This document shows positions 17,578-27,401 of a DNA stretch of 28,874 nucleotides, piece by piece. The stretch is taken from contig CBDHHL010000054.1 of the NCBI GenBank assembly GCA_965263355.1, positions 1 to 28,874 on the forward strand, read 5' to 3'. Below the pieces are notes generated by a model. That model did no database searches. It worked only from the letters and a program-made list of their open reading frames with translations, and was not told where the DNA came from. The position numbers and the translations under genes were made by a program. Numbering within the stretch: the stretch's first letter is position 1; the number at the start of each line of letters is the position of its first letter. This DNA is from Leptolyngbyaceae cyanobacterium. GTDB lineage: Bacteria; Cyanobacteriota; Cyanobacteriia; Phormidesmidales; Phormidesmidaceae.

Positions 17578-19449
17578 GTGACATTGGCTCTACCAAATCC
17601 ATTTGAATACGTGCAAGAACGAAGCAATCGATTTCTTGCACTATTTCCCCATCGTCATGATTACATCTACGCGAACCATCCATCACCGGGTAAACGCCCC
17701 CAATGGCAAACGGAAAGTCGGCATCCGTTATCAGACCGGCTGATTGAACAGGGTACTTATCTCTATGGTGTGCGATTTGGGAAAGAAACCCAGTACGCCA
17801 TGGTGGATATTGATGTTGGCAGTGCGTACCATCCCAGGCGGGATCCCATCGCGTTTCAAAAACTGACCGAGGCACTAGAACCCTTAGGTCTAGTCTCAAC
17901 GATCACCTGCACCTCATCCGATAGTCAGGGCCTGCACCTGTATTTTCCATTTTCAGAATCACTGACAGCTTGGGAAGTGGGCAGTGGCATCACATTACTT
18001 CTGGAAAGCCAGGGATTTAAGGTTACGCCTGGTCAACTTGAAGTCTTTCCGAATGCTCGGCTGTACACCATCGAAAGTACACCGAATCTATTTAATGCGC
18101 ACCGGCTCCCCCTACAGCGTGGGTCGTATTTACTGAATGATGATTTAGAACCGATCTGGACTGACCAGACTACCTTTGTCGATCAGTGGAGACAATGCCA
18201 GAGTCGCAACATCCTAAGTAATGAGACACTGCAACGGATCATCAAACAAAAAAAACGGCGCAGTTATCGTCTCTCGAATAAGGCTGACAAGTTTCTAAAC
18301 GATCTCAATGCTGAAATTGAGCAAGGTTGGACTGACCATGGACAAACGAATCGATTGCTAGGACGTATCACCATGCGGACCTATGTATTTCACCATGTGA
18401 TGTACGGTGGTGAACCGCTAACCGGGGACAGTCTGATCAAAGAAGTTCTAACTGTTGCAAAAGCGTTACCTGGTTACGAGTTGTGGTGTCGTCACCAGCA
18501 TGAAATTGAAGACCGTGTTTCAGAGTGGGTCAGCTGCATTGAGAAAAGTCACTACTTTCACTATGGTGAGCAGTTTGGAAAATACAAATCTAAAAAGGAG
18601 ACGCCAGAATCTGAAGATACTGATCTCAGTTGGAATCAACAGCAGAGTCAAAAGACTAAAGATAAAATTCAAGCTGCTCTTAAAGAACTCACAGATAAAA
18701 ATGAACTTCCAGAACAGGCAACTGCTAGATTCAATGCCCTCCGAAAATTTGGCATCGGGGGTGGGTCGCTATATCGATATAAAGACCTTTGGCATCCACT
18801 CTGGAAATCACAGAAGAAATCCCCCCAGACCCCCCAATTTAATAATGAATCTGGACAGTTTGGCCAGGCTAACGCGCCAAACTGTCACAGCTCCACAAGC
18901 TTATTACAAGAGATAGATGGTAATAATAATAAAATCAATGGTTCTAGCGATCTGAAATCTGTTGCACCTCAACCAGAGGGTGGTAATCCCAATCGAGAAG
19001 GGATTCAGCGTATCCGAGAGATGTTGTCGAAGGCTCAGGTCACTGTCGATTTGCAGGCCGCTCAGGAGGTGATAGAGGCTGAGGAGATGCTGGCTCAGGA
19101 GTCTAGAGCAGCTCACCTGCAGCAGATGGCTTACTGGCTAACGTTGGATGACCCGATTTTGATGGCAGAGGCCCTGGCATGGTTACAGCAACAGCCGCCT
19201 GAGCTATGTGCTGAGTTGTTGGATACGAAGCTGTCAGATATACAGCAGCAGTCGTTAGAGACGATTGTGGAGATAGTAGAGCAGCTGCAGCGGTTGGATT
19301 GGGGTCCAAGAAGGATAGGGGAGGAGTTGCGAAGCTTCTTCGAAGCGGCAGGGCCAACGCAATTTTCCAAATCCTCCCTCGCCCATCTCACAGCTGAGAA
19401 ACGACAACAGTGGTTATCTTATTTACTTTCTCTTTCTGACACGGGGTAA
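17578..19449 (+). CDS. AEP primase-like protein, putative plasmid replication initiator
   Basis: AEP motif I (MVDID) and motif II (SSDSQGLHLYF), LEVFPN; lies directly downstream of the repeat array. The Rep role is inferred. Confidence 0.7.
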   Translation: MTLALPNPFEYVQERSNRFLALFPHRHDYIYANHPSPGKRPQWQTESRHPLSDRLIEQGTYLYGVRFGKETQYAMVDIDVGSAYHPRRDPIAFQKLTEALEPLGLVSTITCTSSDSQGLHLYFPFSESLTAWEVGSGITLLLESQGFKVTPGQLEVFPNARLYTIESTPNLFNAHRLPLQRGSYLLNDDLEPIWTDQTTFVDQWRQCQSRNILSNETLQRIIKQKKRRSYRLSNKADKFLNDLNAEIEQGWTDHGQTNRLLGRITMRTYVFHHVMYGGEPLTGDSLIKEVLTVAKALPGYELWCRHQHEIEDRVSEWVSCIEKSHYFHYGEQFGKYKSKKETPESEDTDLSWNQQQSQKTKDKIQAALKELTDKNELPEQATARFNALRKFGIGGGSLYRYKDLWHPLWKSQKKSPQTPQFNNESGQFGQANAPNCHSSTSLLQEIDGNNNKINGSSDLKSVAPQPEGGNPNREGIQRIREMLSKAQVTVDLQAAQEVIEAEEMLAQESRAAHLQQMAYWLTLDDPILMAEALAWLQQQPPELCAELLDTKLSDIQQQSLETIVEIVEQLQRLDWGPRRIGEELRSFFEAAGPTQFSKSSLAHLTAEKRQQWLSYLLSLSDTG

Positions 19450-19464
19450 TTTAATGGGCTACTT

Positions 19465-19573
19465 GCGATCGCATCCTGATATAAGAAACAAGTATTTTTC
19501 TTCGCGATCGCACCCCACACCAAATCGAAGCATAGGCAACTTGAAATCGCAACAAAATCCCCTTTGCGATCGC
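19465..19573. repeat. Cluster of three HIP1 octamers (GCGATCGC)
   Basis: Copies at 19465, 19504 and 19566; others seen at 8788 and 21190. Confidence 0.85.
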
Positions 19574-19714
19574 ACGCAAAAACCATGAGATCTCACCCCT
19601 GAAACATAGCCCACCCAACGTTTTTCATATACATAACCTGCACCACCAAAACTTTAAATCTTGATTTTATTCCTTAAGAGAAAAGAGCAAGAGGGGAAGA
19701 GAGAAAAGAGCAAT

Positions 19715-20524
19715 TTAGAGCCCTGGGGGCGCACAACTCACTCGAAAACCGATAATGTTGTTGCGGTTGCCGGGCGATAGTAGTTGCGCGAGGCGGAGCG
19801 GCAATACCTAGGAAAGTAGAACCACGAGCCGCCGCGTCGCACCCGATATGCCTCTGAATTCTCGGTCAGCCAGGGGCTTCCATCCTTTGGAGCCTGATCA
19901 TAATTGCTATGCCAGTGGTCCGCACACCATTCCCACACATTGCCGTGCATATCGCATAGGCCATAGGCATTGGCTAGACCAAAGTGTGTTACATCGACAG
20001 TCTCTTCCAGATATCTCCCCTTTGGACCATTGTTATAGGTAGATGTCGCACGATAGTTGGCCACCTCATCCGTCAGCGTCTGTCCAAAGTAAAAAGGTGT
20101 CTGAGTGCCTGCACGACAGGCATATTCCCACTGGGCCTCGCTGGGCAGTCGTGTAGGGCCTTCCTGTATGGGCCGCTAGCCGTGCACAAAACTCCTCTGC
20201 CTCGTACCAGCTCACCCGCTCCACCGGGCGCTTGGCTCCCTTAAATTTAGCTGGGTCAGAGGGCAGTTCTATATGCACCTGATCCATGGTCACTACTGCC
20301 TGCCACTGGGCCTGGGTCACCGCATAGCGCCCCATTAGAAAGGTGGGAACAGTTACCCTATGCTGTGGCCCCTCTGAATCGCTACGCTGGGGTTCATCCT
20401 CTGGAGAGCCCATCAGAAACTCACCACCGGGCACCAGCACCATATCTAACCCAATGCCATCGCCCAGGTCTTCCGTAAAATATTGCGCTGTATCCGTACG
20501 CCGACGAATCGTAAGTTCAGCCAT
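19715..20524 (-). CDS. DGR target 1: stand-alone FGE-sulfatase/CLec-fold protein (about 269 aa; two frameshifts as given)
   Basis: Joined frames give [62 protein letters not shown]; +1 near 20152 and -1 near 19773. Confidence 0.85.
19723..19836 (-). repeat. DGR variable repeat VR1
   Basis: Aligns to TR with 10 substitutions, all at TR adenines, plus a 1-bp deletion. Confidence 0.93.
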
Positions 20525-20578
20525 AGGGGTCTCTACAAACGCTACCGCATTCTAACCTACGTTCCTGCCTCCCTGCTG

Positions 20579-20619
20579 CCCAGGCTCTGCCTGGGTACAC
20601 CCCCCAGAGGCTCTGCCTC
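20579..20619. repeat. REP-like double mini-hairpin element (cccaggc-tct-gcctggg ... gaggc-tct-gcctc)
   Basis: Two perfect stems with 3-nt loops; related copies at 20699-20737, 23521-23560 and 24272-24293. Confidence 0.7.
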
Positions 20620-20627
20620 CAAACAAG

Positions 20628-20839
20628 AATCCGCCAACTCTTCGGTTTCCCTACCAAGCTAGCGGACCCGGTTTTATTTTTGGATGCCCTCTCAGTTACA
20701 GGCTCAGCCTGAACTGGATATCCTGAGGCTCTGCCTCTAATACAGACATCGCCGGAGCAGGTCTGGACTCTTCTGAGGTACGCCCGACAGATTCCCATCT
20801 GCCAGTTCTGACCAGGCCATTGCTGACCGTTGAAGAGTG
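20628..20839 (-). ncRNA. Putative structured 3-prime spacer of the DGR template RNA
   Basis: Segment directly 3-prime of TR; minus-strand stems need G-U pairs (ctggcagat/atctgtcgg, gatgtct/gggcatc, gtccgctagct/agttggcggat). Confidence 0.6.
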
Positions 20840-20954
20840 CTGGGGGCGCACAACTCACTCGAAAACCGATATTGTTGTTGCGGTTGCCGGGTTGATTGTT
20901 GTTGCGCGAGGCGGAGCGGCAATTCCTAGGATTGTTGATCCACGAGCCGCCGCT
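20840..20954 (-). repeat. DGR template repeat (TR), 115 bp
   Basis: AAC/AAT-rich copy of the target C-terminus ([37 protein letters not shown]); starts 8 bp after the RT stop; carries A at every position where the VRs are substituted. Confidence 0.95.
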
Positions 20955-20961
20955 CTGCGGC

Positions 20962-22053
20962 CTACCCCACAGATAGGTTATCAGCCTGATCATCTAGCTC
21001 TCGCACAAATACCAATTGATCAAAGATTTTTCGGCGTAACCGATGGGTATCCCCATGGCTCAGGTGCGCTTCCCAGCTACTCAGTCGCTGCACCAGGTCT
21101 TCGAGCCCCACTTCACCCCTGGCATACAGCCCCTGTAATAGCTTCATGCGTTTTCTTGCCCGCTGCAAATTATCATTGCGTACACGGATGCGATCGCGCA
21201 GCACCCGAAACCCGACAAAATTGGCTCCATACCGGGTTTCAAATAGCTGACTCTTATGCGGATGCAGTCTCAGCCGCAGGGATGCTAAATACTCCTCCAT
21301 CGCTGCCCTAGCATCCGCTAGCACCGACCACTCATCCCCAAAGGCAACAAAATCGTCAACATATCTCAGATAGCGCCGTAGCTTTAGCTGCTCTTTGACA
21401 AAATGATCAAATGGGTTCAAATACAGATTGGCAAAAAACTGACTGGTCAAATTCCCAATGGGCAGACCCCGGCGTCTTTCAACCGGCGTTAGCAAGTCAT
21501 CCCCAGGGAAATACTCAACCACCGGCATCTGAGGGTTACTGGCATCGATAATTTTATCAATCAGCCATAGCGTATCCGGGCACTTCAGCTTACGCCGCAA
21601 CAATCCTTTGAGAATCTCATGATCGATTGAGGGAAAATACTTTGAAATGTCACACTGCAAGCAGTAACGATAGCGACGCGCCAGCCCCACAAATTTCGTC
21701 AGTGCCCGATGGGTGCCATAGCCCAATCGATTGGCATAGGTATGGCCAATCAGCGTTGGCTCCAGCAGCGGTACGATCACATTACACAGCGCATGGTGCA
21801 CCACCCGATCCCGATAGGGGGCTGCCGAGATCATCCGCACCTTGGGATCGTGAATATAAAAAGTGTAATACTTGCCAGGTGTGTAGGTCTTGTCCCGCAG
21901 TTCCCGTTGCAGGCTCAACAAAGAGCGCTCCAGATGGTAATTAAACTCCAGCACATTGGGCCGATAGCGTTTGCCCTTTTGGGCCTTGCGAGAGGCTACT
22001 AGCAGATTTTCAAAGGTAATAATCTGGGGCCACAGGTTACCGTAGCGCTTCAT
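20962..22053 (-). CDS. DGR reverse transcriptase
   Basis: [24 protein letters not shown]-type [18 protein letters not shown]; 363 aa with no maturase or endonuclease domain; intact ORF. Confidence 0.96.
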   Translation of the reverse strand: MKRYGNLWPQIITFENLLVASRKAQKGKRYRPNVLEFNYHLERSLLSLQRELRDKTYTPGKYYTFYIHDPKVRMISAAPYRDRVVHHALCNVIVPLLEPTLIGHTYANRLGYGTHRALTKFVGLARRYRYCLQCDISKYFPSIDHEILKGLLRRKLKCPDTLWLIDKIIDASNPQMPVVEYFPGDDLLTPVERRRGLPIGNLTSQFFANLYLNPFDHFVKEQLKLRRYLRYVDDFVAFGDEWSVLADARAAMEEYLASLRLRLHPHKSQLFETRYGANFVGFRVLRDRIRVRNDNLQRARKRMKLLQGLYARGEVGLEDLVQRLSSWEAHLSHGDTHRLRRKIFDQLVFVRELDDQADNLSVG

Positions 22054-22457
22054 GCCAGCGCAGGCTTCAGAATCGGCTTAGGCTGTGGCTTGCGAGGGGG
22101 CACAGTTGCTTGCCTAGACTGCTGTTGCTTGATCCACCCACCCAGGTCGGTCCCAATGCCATCAATCAGCTCGCTCACATAGGTATAGCGCTGGGCAGAC
22201 AACAAATTAAACTCAAACAGCAACCGAGTCTGGTAGCGCAGCACATCCAGCTTGCTATTGAGCGTCTGCAGTACATCCAGCTTATCTTGTTGATACTGGG
22301 CCACAACTAGCGCTTCTAGCAGGTCATAGAGCCCATTGATCGTCCGATCCCCTAGTTGAAACCGATGATTGCGTGGCAGCTTTTGCAATATCGGCACGTA
22401 CCACTTAATCAGATCATAGGTTTTCTGAATAATTGGCAGCTCTTTTCCCTGGCTCAT
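22050..22457 (-). CDS. avd: DGR accessory variability determinant (four-helix bundle)
   Basis: [37 protein letters not shown] overlap with the RT start. Confidence 0.92.
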   Translation of the reverse strand: MSQGKELPIIQKTYDLIKWYVPILQKLPRNHRFQLGDRTINGLYDLLEALVVAQYQQDKLDVLQTLNSKLDVLRYQTRLLFEFNLLSAQRYTYVSELIDGIGTDLGGWIKQQQSRQATVPPRKPQPKPILKPALA

Positions 22458-22641
22458 TTAGTCACTGAGGTAGATGTCTGTTTTTGAAACTACTCTAATC
22501 CCATCGCTTTCAGATCAAGATTTATGCCCCCGTAAGCATTGCGCAACACTTAAATACTTTTCTTGAAGAATATAAACCTATCCGTCTCTGCTTATTTTTA
22601 TTTCTTTAGAGAAAAGAGCAAGAGGGGAAAAGGAAAAAGGA

Positions 22642-23495
22642 CTATGGAAGAGAGCCTGGGGGCGCACAACTCACTCGAAAACCGATATCGTTGTTGCGGT
22701 CGCCGGGTAGATAGTAGCCGCGCGAGGCGGAGCGGCAATACCTAGGATTGTTGAGATCCACGAGCCGCCGCGTATCACCCTGCTGGCCTCTGAATCCTTT
22801 GTCAGCCAAGGACTTCCATCCTTTGGAGCATCATCATAATTTTCATGCCAGTGGTCAGCACACCACTCCCATACATTTCCATGCATGTCGTACAGGCCAA
22901 AATCATTGGCCACCTCGAATAGCCCAACAGGTGTCGTCTCTTTCGATACTCCCCTTTTGGCCCATCTCCATAGGAACCAGAGTAAGTCTTATTATTGATT
23001 TCCCGATCCTGCCCACAGTAGTTCGCCAGGTCCGTCGTAATCGTTGCCCCAAAGTGAAACGGCATCTTGGTACCTGCTCGACAGGCATACTCCCACTGCG
23101 CCTCGCTAGGCAGTCTATAGCGCCGTCCTGTATGTATCGACAGCCGTGCACAAAACTCCTCCGCCTCATACCAACTCACCTGCTCCACTGGGCGATCCTC
23201 ACCCTTAAAGTTAGATGGCTCCAGCGGCATCTCCATATTTACCTGGGGCAGCCCCGCCACTGCTCGCCACTGGGCCTGGGTCACCACATACTTCCCCAGA
23301 AAGAATCCAGACACCGTCACCTCATGCTGTGGCCCCTCCCACAAACCTATCCACCTCCGTCCCTGGTGAGCCCATCAGAAACGTGTCACCGGGGATCTGC
23401 ATCATCCACAGGGTGATGCCACCGGGCAGTGCCTCATCGTAGTAGGTCACCCGCTGCTGCCGTTTATTAATGACTACATTCACCGCCTGGACCAT
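22642..23495 (-). CDS. DGR target 2: stand-alone FGE-sulfatase/CLec-fold protein (about 284 aa; three frameshifts as given)
   Basis: ATG 23495 after a GGAG RBS; same FGE motifs; ends [13 protein letters not shown]; frameshifts near 23341, 22942 and 22754. Confidence 0.85.
22656..22772 (-). repeat. DGR variable repeat VR2
   Basis: 9 substitutions versus TR, all at adenines, plus a 2-bp insertion near 22754. Confidence 0.93.
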
Positions 23496-23568
23496 AGTAA
23501 TTCTCCCTCTCTCTTCGGCCCCAGGCTCCGCCTGGACGGACACACCTGAGGCTCCACCCCCAGCAATC

Positions 23569-23979
23569 TCAATCCCTTTCTTCTACCCAATTTTCCAAAT
23601 CAACACCAGGATACGCCCGAAAATCATCCAAATTATTAGTCACCAACGTCAAACTCAAACTCCTGGCATGACTAGCAATCAGTTTATCTAACGCATCCCG
23701 TTTGCGGTCGGGCACCGCCGCCCTAACGTCAGCATAGACACCCGCCGCCACCTGATCAAAGGGCACGGATGGAATCAACTGCATTAAAGCAACCAACGCC
23801 TGCTGATTTTGCTGACGAGTCTTATCACCACTTACCCGTACCCCATACTCCAGCTCAGCTACTGTAATCGCAGAAATCACCACATCCCCCTGACGACACT
23901 CAGCAAAACGTCGAGCCACCGACGGTGGCTGATGCTTCATCAGATAGATGCAGATATTCGTATCCAACATATACTTCAT
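23569..23979 (-). CDS. vapC: VapC PIN-domain toxin
   Basis: YMLDTNICIY, ISAITVAELEYG, DKLIASHA, LVTNN; ATGA overlap with the antitoxin gene. Confidence 0.93.
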   Translation of the reverse strand: MKYMLDTNICIYLMKHQPPSVARRFAECRQGDVVISAITVAELEYGVRVSGDKTRQQNQQALVALMQLIPSVPFDQVAAGVYADVRAAVPDRKRDALDKLIASHARSLSLTLVTNNLDDFRAYPGVDLENWVEERD

Positions 23980-24209
23980 AGCGCTTCTCGATCCTGAGTT
24001 CCCTGGTCCGGGCGTCCCGCTACCATAAAGTCTGCTGAAAACGCAGCAAATCGTTCCATTACATCCAACAGCGGAGGACCGACAGGACGAATAATCAGCA
24101 CGTCCCCCTGGCGCTCAATCTCATAGTCAATATCAAGCCGATCAAACTGTAACTCCTTAGGAATCCTTATCGCCTGAGAGTTACCACTCTGAAAAACACG
24201 AGTCCGCAT
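23976..24209 (-). CDS. vapB: VapB antitoxin (AbrB/SpoVT fold)
   Basis: TRVFQSGNSQAIRIPKE and IERQGDVLIIRP. Confidence 0.93.
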   Translation of the reverse strand: MRTRVFQSGNSQAIRIPKELQFDRLDIDYEIERQGDVLIIRPVGPPLLDVMERFAAFSADFMVAGRPDQGTQDREAL

Positions 24210-24232
24210 CAGTGTTTGCCTTAATCACCACT

Positions 24233-24252
24233 TGTATACACAAGTATATACA
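24233..24252. promoter_or_regulatory. Imperfect palindrome upstream of vapB; candidate autoregulatory operator
   Basis: TGTATACACAAGTATATACA, about 24 bp upstream of the vapB start. Confidence 0.5.
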
Positions 24253-24350
24253 GATTTTACATCCACACTCAGTCCCAGGCTCCGTCTGGGGACAAGAGAA
24301 GGAGATACCCTGAGCGAAAAGAGCAAGAGGGGAAGAGTATAAAGAGCAAG

Positions 24351-26264
24351 CTAGAGCCCTGGGGGCGCACAACTCACTCGAAAACCGATATGTCGTAGTC
24401 GCGGTTGCCGGGTAGATAGTCGTCGCGCGAGGCGGAGCGGCAATACCTAGGATTGTTGATCCACGAGCCGCCGCGTAGCACCCGTACAGCCTCTGAATCC
24501 TGCGTCAGCCAAGGGCTTCCATCCGTTGGTGCCCCCTTATAATCTTCATGCCAATGGTCCGCACACCATTCCCACACATTGCCATGCATGTCGTACAGCC
24601 CAAAGTCATTCGCCACCTCAAAACATCCCACAGGTGTAGTCTCTTGCGATACCGTCCCTTTGGTCCATACCCATAGGTATAGCTGCCGTCGTAATTAGCA
24701 ATATCCGTCGTCAACGTCGCCCCAAAGTGAAACGGCGTTTCGGTCCCTGCCCGACAGGCATACTCCCACTCTGCCTCACTCGGTAGCCGATACTTCCGCC
24801 CCGTATACACCGACAGCCGCGCACAAAACTCCTCCGCCTCGTACCAGCTCACCCGCTCCACCGGGCGATTATCTCCTTTAAAGCTTGACGGGTCCGACGG
24901 CATTTCTACATTTACCTGGGTTAGCCCTGCTACAAACCGCCACTGGGCCTGGGTCACCGCATACTTACCCAGCCAAAACTCAGGGACCGTCACCTGATGC
25001 CGTGGCCCCTCAGAGCTTTGACGCTCAGTTTCGTCCCTGGGCGACCCCATCCTAAACGTCCCTCCAGGCAATGCCACCATCTCCAGGGTCAACCCATCCG
25101 TCAGTGGCTCCACCCACTGCCGTCCCTGCCGCCGCTGCCGGGTCACCACCCACTCCACCGACTGTCGCCCCGGCAATAGCCGCGTCAGCAGATTACCTCT
25201 CTCTCGCTTCTCTAACCGCCCTGTCCTAAATTCAAAAGTCTCTAATCTATAGTCTGCTGACCTGGCGCAGCCCGCTCCGCAACCTCTAGCTGCACCTCTG
25301 CTACCGTCACCATTTCCTGCTTTAGCTCTGGCCAGGACTCATCCACAGCGGCCTCATCGGGCACTGTAGCCGCATCCAAAATCTGTGCCGTCACAAACTC
25401 CAGCGTCTGAAACTCGGGCAGCTCTGCTCTAATCCCCTCCAAACTATCCGAATCTGCAGCTACCGATTGAGGCCCGTTAAACGAGACAGCCTCAGTTGCA
25501 TCCACACCAGCACCAGCCGTCTCCCCTGAGAGAATTCGATTCTTATCTCTCAGCTCTCGCTGCAGCATCGACGGTAGTTGTAAAGACTTCCCAGCCACCT
25601 CATAGGTCTTCTCCACCCGCTCCGCTGCTAGCTGCTGATTACTCCGCTGCACATCGCTCACCAGCGACGCATACTCAATTAACTCAGGATAATCCGACAG
25701 TTGCCCCCTCAGAGTTTCGGTCACCTGAGCTAACCGGGCCATCTCCGCCCGACTGAGTAACTCACGGCCCACCTGTTCTCCCTGCGCCATACTGGTCTGA
25801 AAACGGTCGGCGATCTCGGTAACTACTTTTTCTTTCTCTGCTGACCCCAAATACACCATAGCCGCCCACTGCTGCGTCTCTAACTCACGATCCGTGAGCT
25901 GGGCATTTTTGGCCAAATAGCCCACATAGCTAATCAACAGATTCGCCACATCCCGCTTACGCTCATCCGTAAACCTATCAGAGCCATGCGCTAAAACATA
26001 GGCCCGCACATCCGTATCCATGGCGTACAGCTCATAGCCCACCTGGGAGAACAAATCTGACAACAGCAGATCCACCTCCGCCATCCACGGCACCTCTCGC
26101 AAAAACTGATGACGCAGATAGCCCACCAACTCCGGCGTCAATACCAACGGCAACGCCGCATGGCACACCAGTTCGTAGTAACCGGGCTCAAACCGCTCCA
26201 CAAAGCGCTGCACCCGGCGCTCGGCCCGCTCCTTACGTTCGTCTAGTGTCAGCCCCTCAGCCAT
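24351..26264 (-). CDS. DGR target 3: multidomain protein (vWA-associated helical N-terminal domain, acidic linker, C-terminal FGE-sulfatase/CLec), about 637 aa; three frameshifts as given
   Basis: ORFs 25242-26264, 24505-25176 and 24374-24631 join with single-base corrections near 25244 (giving [15 protein letters not shown]) and 24646 plus the VR indel; ends [11 protein letters not shown]. Confidence 0.8.
24359..24475 (-). repeat. DGR variable repeat VR3
   Basis: 9 substitutions versus TR at adenines plus a 2-bp insertion near 24392. Confidence 0.93.
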
Positions 26265-26282
26265 TGCGTCAGCTATCTCTCC

Positions 26283-27401
26283 CTACAGCACCTGCGGTTG
26301 CAACCCACGGATCACATCAATGGCATTACTCAGCCCATCATCATCCATTTGAAACATCCGCACAAGATTAGCGACAATCTCGGCAGAGCTCCCCGACCAT
26401 CGCTCCACTGGCACCGGGTTTAACCAGGCACATAGCTGAGTTCGCTGCCGCAACTGTCGCAAAAATCGCGTCGTTGCTCGAATTCTTTCTAACCGTCGAT
26501 ATCCCCGAGAAGCTCCACAATCACTCACCACCAAAACACTGGTATTGGCATCACAGGTAGCCAGCACCGTTGCCAGGTCCACCGGCTGAGTCATAAATGC
26601 ATCGGTGTAAACATAGTCCGCAGGCACATTTTGAAAATAACAAACCGTCACCTGCTCTTCCGGCAAACCGCTTTCATAAAGGGCCGTATCAACTACCTCA
26701 CGGGTAAGCGAATGCAACGGCATCATCGAACCATTTTGATCAATAAACAACACCAACTGCGCCCGGTTATACCCCCGCCGCCGCATCACCGGCTCTAAAT
26801 AAAACCCCTGCTGGGCCGCCCGCTGCACCGTCGCCGCCACATCTAAAATATCCGCCGGCCCCTCCGCCACCGTACGCCGCAGATAGCGCCAGCCATAGCT
26901 CATAGACCGCCTCGACACCGGCAAATAGCCCTGCAAATCCACAGCCTGAGCACTCTCAGCTAGCGTAAAGGGTGCCCGCACGGGTTGAGCAGCCGCATCT
27001 ATGGCCGCACTCTCTTCTTTTTGGGTAATCGCCTGCGGTGGGTCTTGCCTAGGCATCGATGACGGCAACGGCTCCACCGCAGCAGCCGGGGCAGGCTCAC
27101 TATCGTCATCCACAAACCTCACCGACGCACTGCTGGCAGCCATCTCTTCTAGGCCCTTTTGCCACAGGGGCTCAAACTGCACCCGCTCATCCTTAGAGCT
27201 ACACCAGATCAGCACCAGCGCCTGCTTTAGCCCATCGAGATCCGGGAACTCCTCAGACAACGGTGCCAACGGACTGGCCGCATCACTCACCAGGGCCACC
27301 CCCGCCAGCAGCTCCTCCACCCCCAGGTTAAAACCGCTCTGGCGCAGCCGCCCAAAGGTCTCAAATATCAGGTCTGGCAAATCCTCTCGGGTCATGGTCA
27401 T
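26283..27401 (-). CDS. vWA-domain protein (CoxE-like, MoxR partner)
   Basis: LDVAATV, MIDAS-like FIDQNGSM, VVSDCGA, WLNPVP; overlaps the moxR stop. Confidence 0.88.
   Translation of the reverse strand: MTMTREDLPDLIFETFGRLRQSGFNLGVEELLAGVALVSDAASPLAPLSEEFPDLDGLKQALVLIWCSSKDERVQFEPLWQKGLEEMAASSASVRFVDDDSEPAPAAAVEPLPSSMPRQDPPQAITQKEESAAIDAAAQPVRAPFTLAESAQAVDLQGYLPVSRRSMSYGWRYLRRTVAEGPADILDVAATVQRAAQQGFYLEPVMRRRGYNRAQLVLFIDQNGSMMPLHSLTREVVDTALYESGLPEEQVTVCYFQNVPADYVYTDAFMTQPVDLATVLATCDANTSVLVVSDCGASRGYRRLERIRATTRFLRQLRQRTQLCAWLNPVPVERWSGSSAEIVANLVRMFQMDDDGLSNAIDVIRGLQPQVL

Larger units (their letters stand above)
19680..26264 (-). mobile_element. Diversity-generating retroelement with three local targets
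   Basis: Order on the minus strand: target3, vapBC, target2, avd, RT, TR, spacer, target1. Confidence 0.93.

Noticed and set aside
20517..20993. 158-aa ORF as a fourth target gene
   Set aside because: It is the open frame through TR and the spacer; it lacks the rest of the FGE domain and overlaps the RT end.
20962..22053. Group II intron or retron RT
   Set aside because: It has the GNLTSQ motif, an adjacent avd and a TR/VR set, and lacks a maturase/endonuclease domain and the retron VTG motif.
24272..24293. Canonical DGR target hairpin for VR3
   Set aside because: The stem is imperfect, lies about 65 nt from the VR, has no equivalent after VR1 or VR2, and belongs to the REP-like family.
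19715..25176. True formylglycine-generating enzymes
   Set aside because: The catalytic Cys pair after RGGS is missing and that region is the variable repeat; no sulfatase gene is nearby.
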